Shown here in pieces: positions 38,155-50,688 of a stretch of DNA of 64,000 nt (within the stretch, counting starts at the first letter, position 1; each line of letters begins with the position of its first letter). This DNA is from Moniliella sp. 'wahieum' (Eukaryota). The stretch is from assembly GCA_003971905.1 (NCBI GenBank), contig RSEE01000029.1:186001-250000 (forward strand). The letters run 5' to 3'. The notes under the pieces were generated by a model, which saw only the letters and a list, made by a program, of their open reading frames with translations, was not told the DNA's origin and did no database searches. Position numbers and translations under genes: made by a program.

Positions 38155-39129
38155 TCAAGCCCAGCTTGCTTCGGTCATCGCACTCGCCTTGGTATCCGCC
38201 CGGGTCGGGGCGTAAGATTCCGGCGAAGCATACGAATCGGACGAGGGGGCGCGATCGAGCAAGTAGTGGGTGGGATAAGTCACGTCGTACGTGAAGGGTT
38301 CGGCTTCAACGTAAGGTTCTGGGGCGTAGGAGACCGGCACGCCCGCCGGCGGGGAGAGGAAAAGACCTTTTTGGTCACTTTGAGCACTTTTTTGCCCAGG
38401 CTCGACGACCGACTCGAGCCCCGATCCTTGCTCACTTCCCGGCGCGAACCGGGGGAGGAAGCATAGTCTGGCGGGCGGGTCCGACCGCGGACCTGGTGAC
38501 TCCGCTCGTCCTGCATCTGGTGCTGCAGATAAAGCGGCATGTGAGCCGGACGCGGGCCTGCGACCGCCGCACGACCAAAGTACCACATGAACCGCGCCAT
38601 GTCCACGTCGTACAGCCCATCGACCCGAGGCAGTGACGCTCACCATGACCGAGGTGCACTCCAAGTGCGAGCCCTCCTCCCCAAACAGATCCACCACCAC
38701 CGGCACCAGCACCCCCTCGAGCAACTCGTGCTTGCGGTAATTGTAGTGCGTGTCGAGGCTAAAGCCCTCGGAGGGGATGCCGGTGCGCGTGTCAATGTGT
38801 TGGGGGCAGATGAAAATGTGAAGCCGATCGGTAATCAGGTCGGCCTTTTCCGGGCGCAAATCCACCTACCAGAGCAGACGAGAAAAGACGAATCAGGGGA
38901 CACGCCGGAAGGGGGAGAGGGGAGGGGGAAGGGGGACGAACCTCGAAGGCGGCGCGGTCGCCGGTCTCGTTCTGCGCATGCGGCAGCGAAAGGGGTTGGG
39001 GGTGGTGCTCCACTCGGTGATGGCGCCGTCGTAAGCAAAGTCCCAGATAGGGGAGAAGAGGTCGTGGGGTGCTTGAGGCCATGGATGACGCTGTTCTTGT
39101 GATGGCAGCTTGGCCGTCAGCTTGTCCAT
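38155..39129 (-). CDS. Hypothetical protein
   Basis: Frameshift-joined ORFs 38893-39129, 38835-39038, 38155-38865 and 38280-38606 read as non-random protein (HDLFSPIWDFAYDG...DRLHIFICPQHIDTRTG...). Flanked by a C-rich 5' leader like neighbouring genes. No family recognised. Confidence 0.5.
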
Positions 39130-42100
39130 GGTGCTCTTCTCGGCATGGTGGTGGGGGGGGAGGGGGGCGGGATGGCGGGTGCAATGGAGAGATGCTGATG
39201 CTGGGCTGTACTAGGATGATGGCGGGAGGGCGAGGATGGGCGAGGGCGGCGCACCTGGGAGAGAAAAGGCGGGCGAGAGGACCAGGGTGCTAGGCAAGCC
39301 TCACGAGCTTAAGCAGGGCGAGACTGCCGCTGGGCGAGGTGTTCGCATGTGTGAGCACACGATGCGGGTGGCGCCCTATGGCCCTATTGGCCCAATAGGG
39401 CCTGGCGGCTGATGCTCAGCGCTGGCTGAACGTTAAGCGTTCGACACCACGTACTCTGATCTCAGGGCTGGGCCAGTCCACGCCAGCGCTGAGCCCTGCG
39501 CTGGCGTGGGCGGGCTCTCCCTGCATGCACCTCCCTGCATGCACCTCCTTGCAGGTCTCTGGCTGCGCAGCCGAGCGCTGAGTCTGCGCGCTGAACGCTG
39601 ACTGGGCGCTGACCGCTGACCGACCCCATTCTGTTTCGGCCAGGGGCAGGACATGTGACATGTGACACGTGACACCATGTGACAAGCGGTGGCAGCCCCC
39701 ACAGGCCCCCACGCAGGCCCCAGGACAGCCTCAGCGTGCTTGCCAAGCAGGCTGGCACTGTGCCTGCCGCCACACTGCGTTGGCTAGGCATCGGCCTGCC
39801 TTGCCTGCCCTGGATGCATATGCATCCCGCTTCGGCACATGCACACCTTCCCATGCGTCCCGTGCACCTCCCGCTTTGATGCTTTGAACTTGGATCCAGC
39901 GTTCCACGTACGTGCAACACGTGTGCCCACCGCCCAGCGCCAATCCGTCCATGCGTCCCCCATCCGCTCCGCAGTGCGGCACTGGCACCGCGCGCAGCAC
40001 CCACTGCCACATGCCGCACCCCTCTTCCGCCCCGCCCGCTCTCAGCGTCTCAGATCTCAGAATCCCACCGGGCCGCCTTGCATCAGCGGTCAGGATCACT
40101 GCTCGCGCTCACCGCTCACGCGTCACGGCGCTCACACGTCACCGTCACCGCGCTCCGCATTGCCTCCGCTTGCCCCGCAGGCTCCATTCAGTGACTACAA
40201 CGATTGCCAATGCCCCGTCGCGGACGCGGGACGCGTGACGAAGGACGAGCTACTGCACCAGGCTGGCGAAGCTGGCCAAGACCAGGAGAACCAGGTACTC
40301 AAGCAGCCAATTGGTCTGGTGGTACCTGGTCCAGTATGGTGCAGCTACATACAAGCTACAGGAGAGAGAGATGGTTAGGAAAAGAGCAGCAGCACAGATA
40401 TAGCCGGATTATCGATTACCTAGAAGGACCGCGACATGCGACAACGAGTGAAAAAGGAGTGATCGAGTCGCGGGTGGCCGGCGGCTGGTGGTTCCTCATC
40501 GATTAGTTCATTGTAGAACCACCCACATGCATTGTTCGTTCCTTACATCGGCATCACTAGCTTCATTTACGAACACCTCCGTTTTAGATCACAGATTCCC
40601 ACATCATGGCATCATGCATCTTTTTGGTGGTAGGTCTTGACTAGTTAGTTCCTGGCATCCGGTTGCACAAATGGTGCACGACTGGGTTATGCAGACAGGC
40701 CCAGGCACCGTCGCGCGTTACTCCACTGAATTACTGTTGGCCCGGTGATCAAGTGTCTGATCGTTGGCTAGCCTGTGTATGGGACAGAGCCTGACAGAGC
40801 CGCTTCTCCCACGCTAGCTAGCTCCACCCCGCCGTTGGCCACCTGCATCTTCTCACAAGTCCGCGGAGACAGTGGAAGGTTGTATCGCCGAGGACTTCAC
40901 AGACGAACTTTCACAGTCGGATATACCAAAACTGGAGCAGGCCAGCCTAGCCCAGGGCAGCCCTCTCTCTGGCTACACGCGATGCATCGTCATGTCATGC
41001 ATGTCATCAATCATCGATCATCTGTGCACAGCGCTGCGTACTTTGGGTTATCGGTTAGCGGGTACTGCGCGGCCATACGCGCTACACCTGTTACCAGTCG
41101 CAGAGACATGGCTTCTCGTCGCCGGTGGATCTGGCCGTGGAGCAAAGTAGCAACCGCATGGTATGCGTGTACCTGATGGGTAAACGTAGCTAAACGTTAA
41201 ACGTTAAACGTTAAACACCAAACGCTGCAAGCACACATAATGCGGCTGTTGTCGTGTGCCCATGACATGTACTGCTTGAAGCTTGACAGCTTGGCATGCA
41301 CATGCCATGTGCTATGCTTGACAGCGCTGGGGCGTAGCTGGTGCAGCGCTGGGAGTGGCTGTGGGCGATACGAAAGGCTGTACAAACAGGCTATATCCAG
41401 ATACTCCAGTCGTGCAGAGATGTAAGTACTAAGTAAGGATAGGCGGCGCAATGGTCGATGGGTGTGGCCGGGGCAGCCAGGGTTCAGATCTCAGACGCTC
41501 CGGCAGTTCACGCGTCACGCGCGCTCACGCGTGTTACATGGTACAGGGGACAGGCGGGACAGCCCCACTCTGCTCCACCACAGGGCCCCGCCATGGTTCC
41601 CCGCATTGGGAAACCCTGGCCATCTGCCACACAAGCAAAAGAGAGTCGAAAGCCGCTGCTCTTCAGCGGACGTTCAACGTTCAACACTGGTACTGAGGTA
41701 TCCCGTACAGAGAAGGCCCTGAGGCCCTGTAAGACTCAGTAGTCCGATGGGCGATGGGGGCTACGTACGCACTTTTTGCCAGGCCTTGCCTTTTGGCTGT
41801 GAATCTTGGAATTCGCGACGCGAGGCATTTTAACCGAGCGGGCAGTGGCCGGCAGTGGCGTTGCCGTACCAGTCAGTAGTGCGGGTTATTTTGTTTCCCA
41901 TGATTCACGCGACGCAGGATCAGGATATCAGGGGCATCGTCCACGTGACGTAAACGTGCAACTTCAAACTTTGTCCCACCAAAGGGAGCCCACCGGGGTC
42001 ACGTGACCGGCCTGGTCCGCTGGCCCGAGAGCAGTAGGGTTGCACGGGGGTTGGGAAGCAGTAGGGTTAGACGGACCGCACGGACGCGGGCACTGACGTC

Positions 42101-42328
42101 AGCAGGCAGTGGGCTACCGTTTGGCGCACTGCCGCCCCATCATCAACCGAGGACACTTGCTCAGCGCTTGGTCCGTGCGGTGAGCTTGCTCAGCCAGGGA
42201 CCAGTGGGTGACGCCGTCACAGCCGCAGCTCCACACTCCGCACCTACTCCCCACCAAACATCCCCATCCCCAGCTGGGCATCTACATCCGCCGCCACATT
42301 CGACCCCGCTGCTACTCCTTTGCCCTTC

Positions 42329-44081
42329 ATGGCCGAGCCCGACGAGCCATTCATGTCCATCCGATGGGACGACGACCAGGATCAACCCGCCACCTCGAGG
42401 GTGTCCGCCGACGACGCCCCCTTATCCGACCCCGCCGGCCCATCCAGCGACGTTTCCAGTACACTCTTGTCCGTCCCCGAGATGATCACAGCTGCTATGG
42501 TGGGCGAGGGTGCGAATGGCTTGCCAGGCTCTTACGCCACGCCTCCTGGGGCCGGTCGAGCAATGTTGGCCGCTGAACATATTGAGCCCCCCACGTGGCA
42601 GGGCTACTTGATGGTCCAAGTCTACGATCCACGCAAGCTTGGCATATCTGTCCCTACTGTAGCTGCCTCCTCGACGTCAGTCTTAAATGACGTGCCTGCG
42701 ACTGCTGTCGCAGCCAGGGGGGGCATGACAGAGGGAACTCAGGCAAAGACGCTTTCGTGTCTTACGGCATTCGTGCCGAGACGAATCTGGCCCATTTTGA
42801 TCAGACGCGGATCACGACAAGGAGGAGGTACCGCGACTTTGCGTTTTTGCACGATGCCTTACATCGTGATTTCCCCGCCTGTCTGATCCCTCCGCTTCCG
42901 GACAAGCACCGCCTCGAATACGTCACAGGCGACCGCTTTAGCTCTGAATTTATCGAGCGCCGCACCCAAGATCTTCAAATCTTCCTCCAGCGCGTCTGTC
43001 GCCACCCTGTCCTGATGCGTACTCCCATCCTCCGTTCGTTTCTCGAGTCAACGGAATGGGTAAGGGATGCTTCATATGAGTAGGCGGGAGGCGGAGAACT
43101 GACTGTGCCTGTTGTTTGTTCCAGTCGGTCGACATGCACGCCCACTTATCTGCTTCTCAACACGCTACCAATCTATCATCAACAGGTGATGCCAACAAGG
43201 CACCGGGCTTGCTTGACAATTGGTCCGACGCCATTGTGAATGCGTTTACCAAGGTGAAGAAGCCGGATGAGCGCTTTTTAGCCCTCTGTTCTGATCTCGA
43301 CCGGTTTGAGGAGGGAGTGGGTGCGATGGAGCGCACCTTGGTCAGGAGTCGTGGCCGAGCAGCAGGTGCGTATGGCGCGGTTTCGTTTGAGCAACATGGG
43401 CTAACAGTCGTATGCAATCAGATTTGTCCAAGCACTATGACGAGTTGTCGGGCTCTTTCGACGTCCTGGCGGAGCTGGAACGGGAATGACGCGTATGCTG
43501 CATCGGTTTGCCAGCTCGCTGGACGAATTTGGCCGTCTGGAGAGGCTCGATTCCGTGCGGGCCAGCGAGCATACCTTGGTGGCGGCGCAAGCACTGCAGG
43601 CGTATGCGCAAGCGTACAAGCACCTTCTCCGCGTGCGGGAAGGCAAGCAGGTGGAGTTTGAAGAACTGACAGAGTACCTCTCCTCGGTCGCGACGGAGCG
43701 CGATCGGCTCGCATCTCTCGCGTCCAGCCGCGGGAAAGGAAAAGGCCATGGAGGCGTGCGCGGTGCTGGGATTACAGGCTACCTGCGGGACCAGATGGAT
43801 GCGCTGCGTGGGATGGATGAGGAACGGACGCGGGTGAGCGGATGCAGCGGCTCGATGGCCGGATCGCAGAGCTGCAGGAGGCGGCCGCCAACAGCCACGA
43901 GGTGCTGCAGAGCTTCTCGCAGCAGGTGCTGGGGGAGGCGGTGTTGTTTGAGTATGGCAAGCAGGAGGAGCTGCGGAGCGTGCTGGGCCAGCTGGCGCAG
44001 AGCCGAGTGCAGCTCTACTCGGACTCGGTCGAGCAGTGGGATCGGCTGCTGCGAGGCATGGGGGTGGACGCGGCGGCCTGA
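42329..44081 (+). CDS. SNX4: Sorting nexin-4 / Atg24 (PX-BAR)
   Basis: PX domain RRRYRDFAFLHDALHRDFPACLIPPLPDKHRLEYVTGDRFSSEFIERR; NAFTKVKKPDERF; REGKQVEFEELTEYL. Introns 43060-43124 and 43366-43421. Confidence 0.92.
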
Positions 44082-44492
44082 GGAGGGATGGGTAGGGGGT
44101 GGATGGATGTTGAGTCTGTATCTCTTCTGCAATGCATCGTCCCAGGGAGAGGGGGGGTGAACAGGAGTAGCTTGTGGATGTGGGGGCCAGTGCGCCTGAA
44201 CGTTAAACACAGACGTTTCAACTTTCAGCGCCTGCTGACGTACTGCGCGGTTCCGCCGTGCGCGGCGGAATGGGCGCAGGGGGGGCACCCTCTACGTGGA
44301 GCATGGCTGGAGCGCGGGCGGCAGAGGGCCAGTGTGTGATGCGCGGCGCCTGCGGGCGGGTGCGGGTGCGCAGCTGCTCCCAGGCTACGCGGCCGCCCCA
44401 CCCCGCTTCTTCCCCCTCCACCCCCACCCCCCCCGCCCGCCGCCCCCTCCCTCCGCCCTCCGCCCGCCCGTCTGTCTGCCACGGCGCCCGCC

Positions 44493-47400
44493 ATGGCCGA
44501 CAAGCCCATCGTCTTCTCCGAGCACGTCCAGCTCACCAGCCTGGGCGTCGCTCCCGCTGCCATCTCCTTTGCGTCGGTCACCCTCGAGTCGGAGAACTTC
44601 GTCTGCGTTCGCGAGGATGGCTCGGTCATCATTGTCGACCTCAACGACGTGTCCAATGTGTGGGTATCGCTCTCGCCTTGTTTGTGCGCACGCACGCTGA
44701 CCTTGTCCCCCGCTTCTTCTCCGTAGCCTCCGCCGACCCATCACGGCCGACTCGGCGATCATGCACCCTACCCAGCGCATCCTTGCTCTCAAGGCTGGCC
44801 GCCAGCTCCAGATCTTCAGCATCGAAGCCAAGACCAAGGTCAAGAGCCACGTGATGAATGAGGACGTGGTCTACTGGACCTGGATCAACGAGTCGACACT
44901 TGGCCTCGTCACCGCCCACGCTGTGTACCATTGGCCTATGGATGTAGAGGGTGACCCGACCAAGGTCTTTGACCGCCATGCCTCCCTCGTCGGCTCCCAG
45001 ATCATCAACTATCGCACCACTCCGGATTCCGAATGGATGGTCCTGGTTGGTATCTCTGGCAACACCGCCCCTGGCGGTTTCAAGATCAAGGGCAACATCC
45101 AGCTCTACAACAAGCGCCTCAACGTGTCTCAGCCCATCGAGGGCCACGCAGCTGCATTTGCCGAGCTCAAGACGGATGACGCTCCCATCCCTTACAAACT
45201 CTTCACCTTCTCGGTCCGCACTGCTACGGGTGCCCGCTTGCACATTGTCGAGGTTGACCACCAGCAAGGTCAGCCTGCGTTCGCTAAGAAGGCTGTCGAC
45301 GTTTTCTTCCCCCCTGAAGCGGCCAATGACTTCCCCGTAGCGATGCAAATCAGCAAACGGTTTGGGATCATCTATCTCATCACCAAGTACGGATTTGTGC
45401 ATCTCTACGACCTCGAGTCGGGCACGTGCATCTACATGAACCGTATCTCGGGCGAGACGGTTTTCACCTCGGCCCCATACGAGTCGATGAGTGGTATCAT
45501 TGCCATCAACCGCAAAGGTCAGGTCCTTTCCGTGGCCGCTGACGAAAACACGTTGGTGCCGTACACACTTAACACGCTCAACAACACTCAACTCGCATTC
45601 AAGTTGGCCTCGCGAGGCAACTTGCCTGGTGCGGATGACCTCTATGTGCAGCAGTTCAACAACTTGTTCGCTTCTGGCCAGTTTGGTGAGGCTGCCAAAA
45701 CTGCGGCCAACAGTCCTCGCGGCATTCTCCGCACACCCGAGACGATTGAAAAGTTCAAGCAAGTCCCGGCTCAGCAGGGTACTCTTAGCCCCATTCTGCA
45801 GTACTTTGGCATCCTTCTCGAGCGCGGCAGCCTCAACAAGTACGAATCGCTCGAGCTTGCACGCCCGGTGCTGCAGCAAGGCCGCAAACACCTGCTCGAA
45901 AAATGGCTCAAGGAGGAAAAGATTGAGTGCTCCGAGGAACTGGGTGACATTGTCCGTCTTACCGATATGAGCCTGGCGCTCAGCATCTACCTCCGGGCCA
46001 ATGTGCCGAATAAGGTTGTCGCCTCCATGGCTGAGCTGGGCCAGGTGGACAAGATTGTCCTTTACGCCCGCAAAGTGGGCTACACCCCCGACTATGCCAC
46101 CCTTCTCCAGCACATTGTCCGTCGCGACCCCGAGAAGGGTGCCGAATTCGCCTCGACGCTCGTGCAGGATGAGTCGGGTCCTTTGGTCGATGTGGAACGG
46201 GTTACGGACATCTTTATGAGCCAAAACATGATCCAACAGGCTACCTCCTTCCTTCTCGACGCTCTCAAGGACAACAAGCCTGAGCAAGGCCACTTGCAGA
46301 CGCGTCTCCTCGAGATGAACCTCGTCAATGCCCCTCAGGTTGCCGATGCTATCTTGGGCAACAACATGTTCACCCACTACGACCGTCCTCGCATTGCCAA
46401 CCTGGCGGAGAAGGCGGGGTTGCTCCAACGCGCACTTGAACACTACGATGACATTCGTGATATCAAGCGGGTCGTGGTGCACACGTCTCAGATCAACACG
46501 GAGTGGCTCGTCGAGTACTTTGGCCGACTCACCGTCGAACAGAGCTTCGAGTGCATGAAGGAGATGCTTAAGGTCAACATTCGCCAGAACCTAGCGGTGG
46601 TGGTGCAAATTGCGACCAAGTACTCGGACCTCTTGGGCCCAGTTAAGCTCATCGAGATGTTTGAGAGCTTCAAGAGCTTTGAAGGGTTGTACTACTACCT
46701 TGGCTCCGTGGTGAACCTGTCGACGGACTCTGAGGTGCACTTCAAGTACATCCAGGCCGCCACCCGCACTGGTCAAATCCGTGAGGTGGAGCGCATCGCG
46801 CGCGAGTCCAACTACTACAACCCCGAGAAGGTCAAGAACTTCCTCAAGGAGGCCAAGCTGCAAGACCAGCTGCCGCTCATTATCGTGTGCGACCGGTTCA
46901 ACTTTGTTCATGATTTGGTGCTCTATTTGTACCAGAAAATGATGCCTCAATTTATCGAGACGTACGTGCAGCGCGTCAACTCGGAGCGTACGCCCGAAGT
47001 CATTGGCGCCCTCTTGGATGTGGACTGTGACGAGGGCGTGATCAAAAACTTGCTCGCCTCCGTCACTGGTCACTTCTCGATCGAGGACTTGGTCGCTGAG
47101 GTGGAGAAGCGTAACCGGCTCAAGCTCATCCTGCCTTGGATCGAAAGCCGTGTGGCTGCAGGGGAGACGGACCAAGCCCTGTACAATGCGCTGGCAAAGA
47201 TTTACATTGACACGAACAACAACCCGGAGCAATTCCTCAAGGAGAACACCCTCTACGACCCCAAGTCCATTGGTGCCTACTCTGAGAAGCGTGACCCGTA
47301 CTTGGCCTACATTGCTTATGCGAAGGGCTTCTGTGATGAGGATCTGATTCGCGTCACGAATGAGAACGGTATGTTCAAGCATCAAGCCGCTACCTCGTGC

Positions 47401-49591
47401 TCCGCCGTGACTTGGCGCTCTGGGACCAGGTGCTGTCGTCGGAGAATGTGCACCGCCGTCAATTGATCGACCAGGTCGTAGCGACTGCCGTGCCTGAGTC
47501 GACCAATCCGGAGGACGTGTCGGTGACGGTCAAGGCGTTCATGGCGGCCGACTTGCCCCACGAGTTGATTGAGCTGCTGGAGAAAATCATTCTCGAGCCC
47601 TCGGCGTTCAGCGACAACCGTTCGTTACAGAACCTTCTCCTCCTGACGGCGGTGCGGACGGACAAGGGTAAGGTCATGAGCCTGATCGAGCGGCTGCAGG
47701 GGTACGATGAGGATGAGATTGCCAAGATTACGATCGACAATGGGCTGTACGAAGAAGCGCTTAAGATCTATCAAAAGGCCGAACGCCCGCTGGACGCGAT
47801 GAACGTATTGGTCGAGCACATTGTATCCATCGACCGTGCGGCTCTCTTTGCCAACAAGCTGGACCAGCCTGAGCTTTGGTCTCGCCTGGCCAAGGCTCAG
47901 CTCGACGGCCTGCGGGTTAAGGATGCGATTGACTCGTACATCCGTGCCGAGGATCCATCCAACTTTAGTGAGGTGATCGAGATCGCTGAGCGTGCGGGAC
48001 GGGAGGAAGAGTTGATTCGCTTCCTGCAGATGGCGCGCAAAAAGGCTCGCGAGCCGCTCATCGACACGGAGTACGCCTACTGTTTGGCCAAGGCGCACCG
48101 TCTGTCGGACATGGAAGAATTCCTGAGCATGACCAATGTGGCGGACCTTCTGCTGTGGGAGAGAAGTGCTTCAACGACGAGCTTTACGAGGCGGCCAAGA
48201 TGCTGTTCACCAGCGTGTCCAACTATGCCCGTCTGGCCACTACCCTCGTCTTCCTCGGTGACTACCAGGGGCGGTCGAGGCGGCTCGTAAGGCTGGAAAC
48301 ACGGCCGTGTGGAAGCAGGTTCACGCAGCCTGTCTCAAGAAGGGCGAGTACAAGTTGGCCCAGATTGCCGGTTTGGCTGTGGTAGGCCATGCGGAGGAGC
48401 TGGGTGCCCTGACCCGGGCGTACGAGCGCCTGGGACTGTTTGACGAGCTGTTGGACCTGCTGCAGGCTGGGCTTGGTCTGGAGAGCGCCAGCAAGGCCCT
48501 CTTCACTCTATGCGCTCAGAGCCTGGCCAAGTACCAGCCCGCTAAGCTGATGGAGCACCTCAAGCTTCACTGGTCCAGGATCAACCTTCCTCCTGTGGCG
48601 CGGATGTGCGAGCAGTACGCGCTTTACCCTGAGGCGGCCTTCTGCTTGACCAAGGACTCGGAGAACGATGAGGCTGCAATGATGGCGATGGATCGGGTGG
48701 TGGTGTGGGAGGACCTGACCCACGATGGGTTCAAGGACCTGATCACGCGCGTCTCCAACGTCGAGATCTTCTACCAGTGCCATCAACTTCTACATTCATC
48801 AGCACCCTCTGCGCCTTAACGACCTTCTTGTCGCGCTTGGCGCAACCAAGCGTTTGGACCATGGACGTGTGGTGCGCATGCTCAAGAAGGCGGACCAGTT
48901 CCCTCTGGCCTCTGGCTTCCTTCTGTCGGGGCTCAAGCTTGACATTCCCGAGGTGAATGAGGCCGTGTTCGACTTGCTGATCGAAGAGGAAGACCATGCG
49001 CAGCTTCGTTCCTTGCTGGGCACCGTTGAATCGTTTGGCATGCTGGAACTCGCCCGCCGGCTTGAAGGGTCCGAGTTGCTCGAGTTCCGCCGGATTGCAG
49101 TCTACCTGTACAACCGCCTCAAGCTGTGGGACGAATCGATTGCCCTGTCCCAGCGGGACCGTCTGCTGAAGGATGCGATTGCCACGGCGAGCGAGTCCAA
49201 CACTGTCAAGGTGGCCAAGTCGCTGTTCGAGTACATTGTCTCCCTTGGCAACTGGGAAGCGACCGCGGCCATGCTCTACGCGTGCGAGTGGCTGCTGGAG
49301 GAAGACTACGTTCAAGAGCTGCGTTGGCGCAAGGGAATCCCGTCGGACTTTGTCCAGCCCTACATGATCCAGCAGACGGCGACGCGCAATGCGGCGCTGA
49401 AGGATTTGGCCAAGCAGTTGGCCGATCTGCAGACCAAGACGGTTCAGAAGGAGGAAGAGGAGGACAACACCCCCATCCTTGGTCCGGGCGCCATGGGCCC
49501 TCGTATGATCACTGCTGCTCCCACTGGGTTTGGGCCACAGCCGACGGGCATGCCCATGCAGGCCACAGGCATGTACGGCGGCATGTTCTGA
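44493..49591 (+). CDS. CHC1: Clathrin heavy chain
   Basis: [83 protein letters not shown]-terminal [13 protein letters not shown]. Intron 44660-44726. Several indels in the 3' half. Confidence 0.97.
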
Positions 49592-50150
49592 TTTGGCGTT
49601 GAGTGCAACCCCACCCCCTCGTGTGCTGTGTGCTGTCTTGGCGTCGGACCTTCGCACTAGACCGTGCCGCCTCGTGGGGTGAGACGCACGCACAGCACAT
49701 GACCTCGCCGGTCGTTCCCCCCTCGTATTCGTTCCTACTGCCCGTGATGCCGTTATCCGAAAAGAATAGGCTTCTCTCTTTGCGCTTCATCCGATGCAGG
49801 TATTCGTAGCCATGTATAGCTAGCAGCCATAACAGATCGCGAGTGGGTGGGGCCATGAAGAAGCCCCGCCGTGCCCGTTGCTGCGTTGATTGATGTGCTG
49901 CAGCATAGCTGTGGAATAGCTGCCACTTGGGCGCCGGGCTGCAAGCTGCATGTGGGGTAAAGACTAACCCTGTTCTTGTTGCGCTGGCCTTTTTTTGGCA
50001 GGGCGCTGTAGAGGCACAGTGCCTCTGTGCCTGACTGACTCAATATTCGCCGCAGTCTGCTGTAACCCTACCGCTGAACACTGAAGCCCCCGAAGCTGCT
50101 TCGTTGCCTGCGCCCCTTCGGAGTGCCCCAGCCCACCAAACCAGCTCAAC

Positions 50151-50688
50151 ATGTAAGTGGTGCAGCCCGGTGCTTATGCTGGGTTCTCTTCCCGCTGTCC
50201 TCCCCTTCCTGGGCGCGTGCTGACCGTTACGGCAGGGACTCGTACGATGCTGCTGAGGCGGCCGCCCTCAAGGCGCGCCGGACGTTCAAGAAGTCCTACT
50301 ACCGTGGCATTGAGCTCTCCAAGCTGCTCGACCTGAGCAACGAGGAGTTTATGGGCATTGTCCACGCGCGTGCTCGCCGTCGCTTCCAGCGCGGTCTCAA
50401 GCGCAAGCCTATGGGCCTGATCAAGAAGCTGCGCAAGGCCAAGCAGGAGGCTCCGCCCAACGAGAAGCCCGCGCTCGTCAAGACCCACCTGCGGAACATG
50501 ATTGTTGTGCCCGAGATGATTGGCTCGGTGATTGGCATCTACACTGGCAAGGTGTTTGCCACGGTGGAGATCAAGCCCGAGATGGTGGCGCACTACCTCG
50601 GCGAGTTTGCTATGACCTACCTCCCTCGCGCGCGCACGGCCGTCCCGGTCTGGGCGCCCAGGCGGGCCGCTTCATCCCGCTCAAGTAA
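50151..50688 (+). CDS. RPS15: 40S ribosomal protein S15 (uS19)
   Basis: [44 protein letters not shown], ending RFIPLK-TAA. Intron 50153-50235. Confidence 0.96.
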
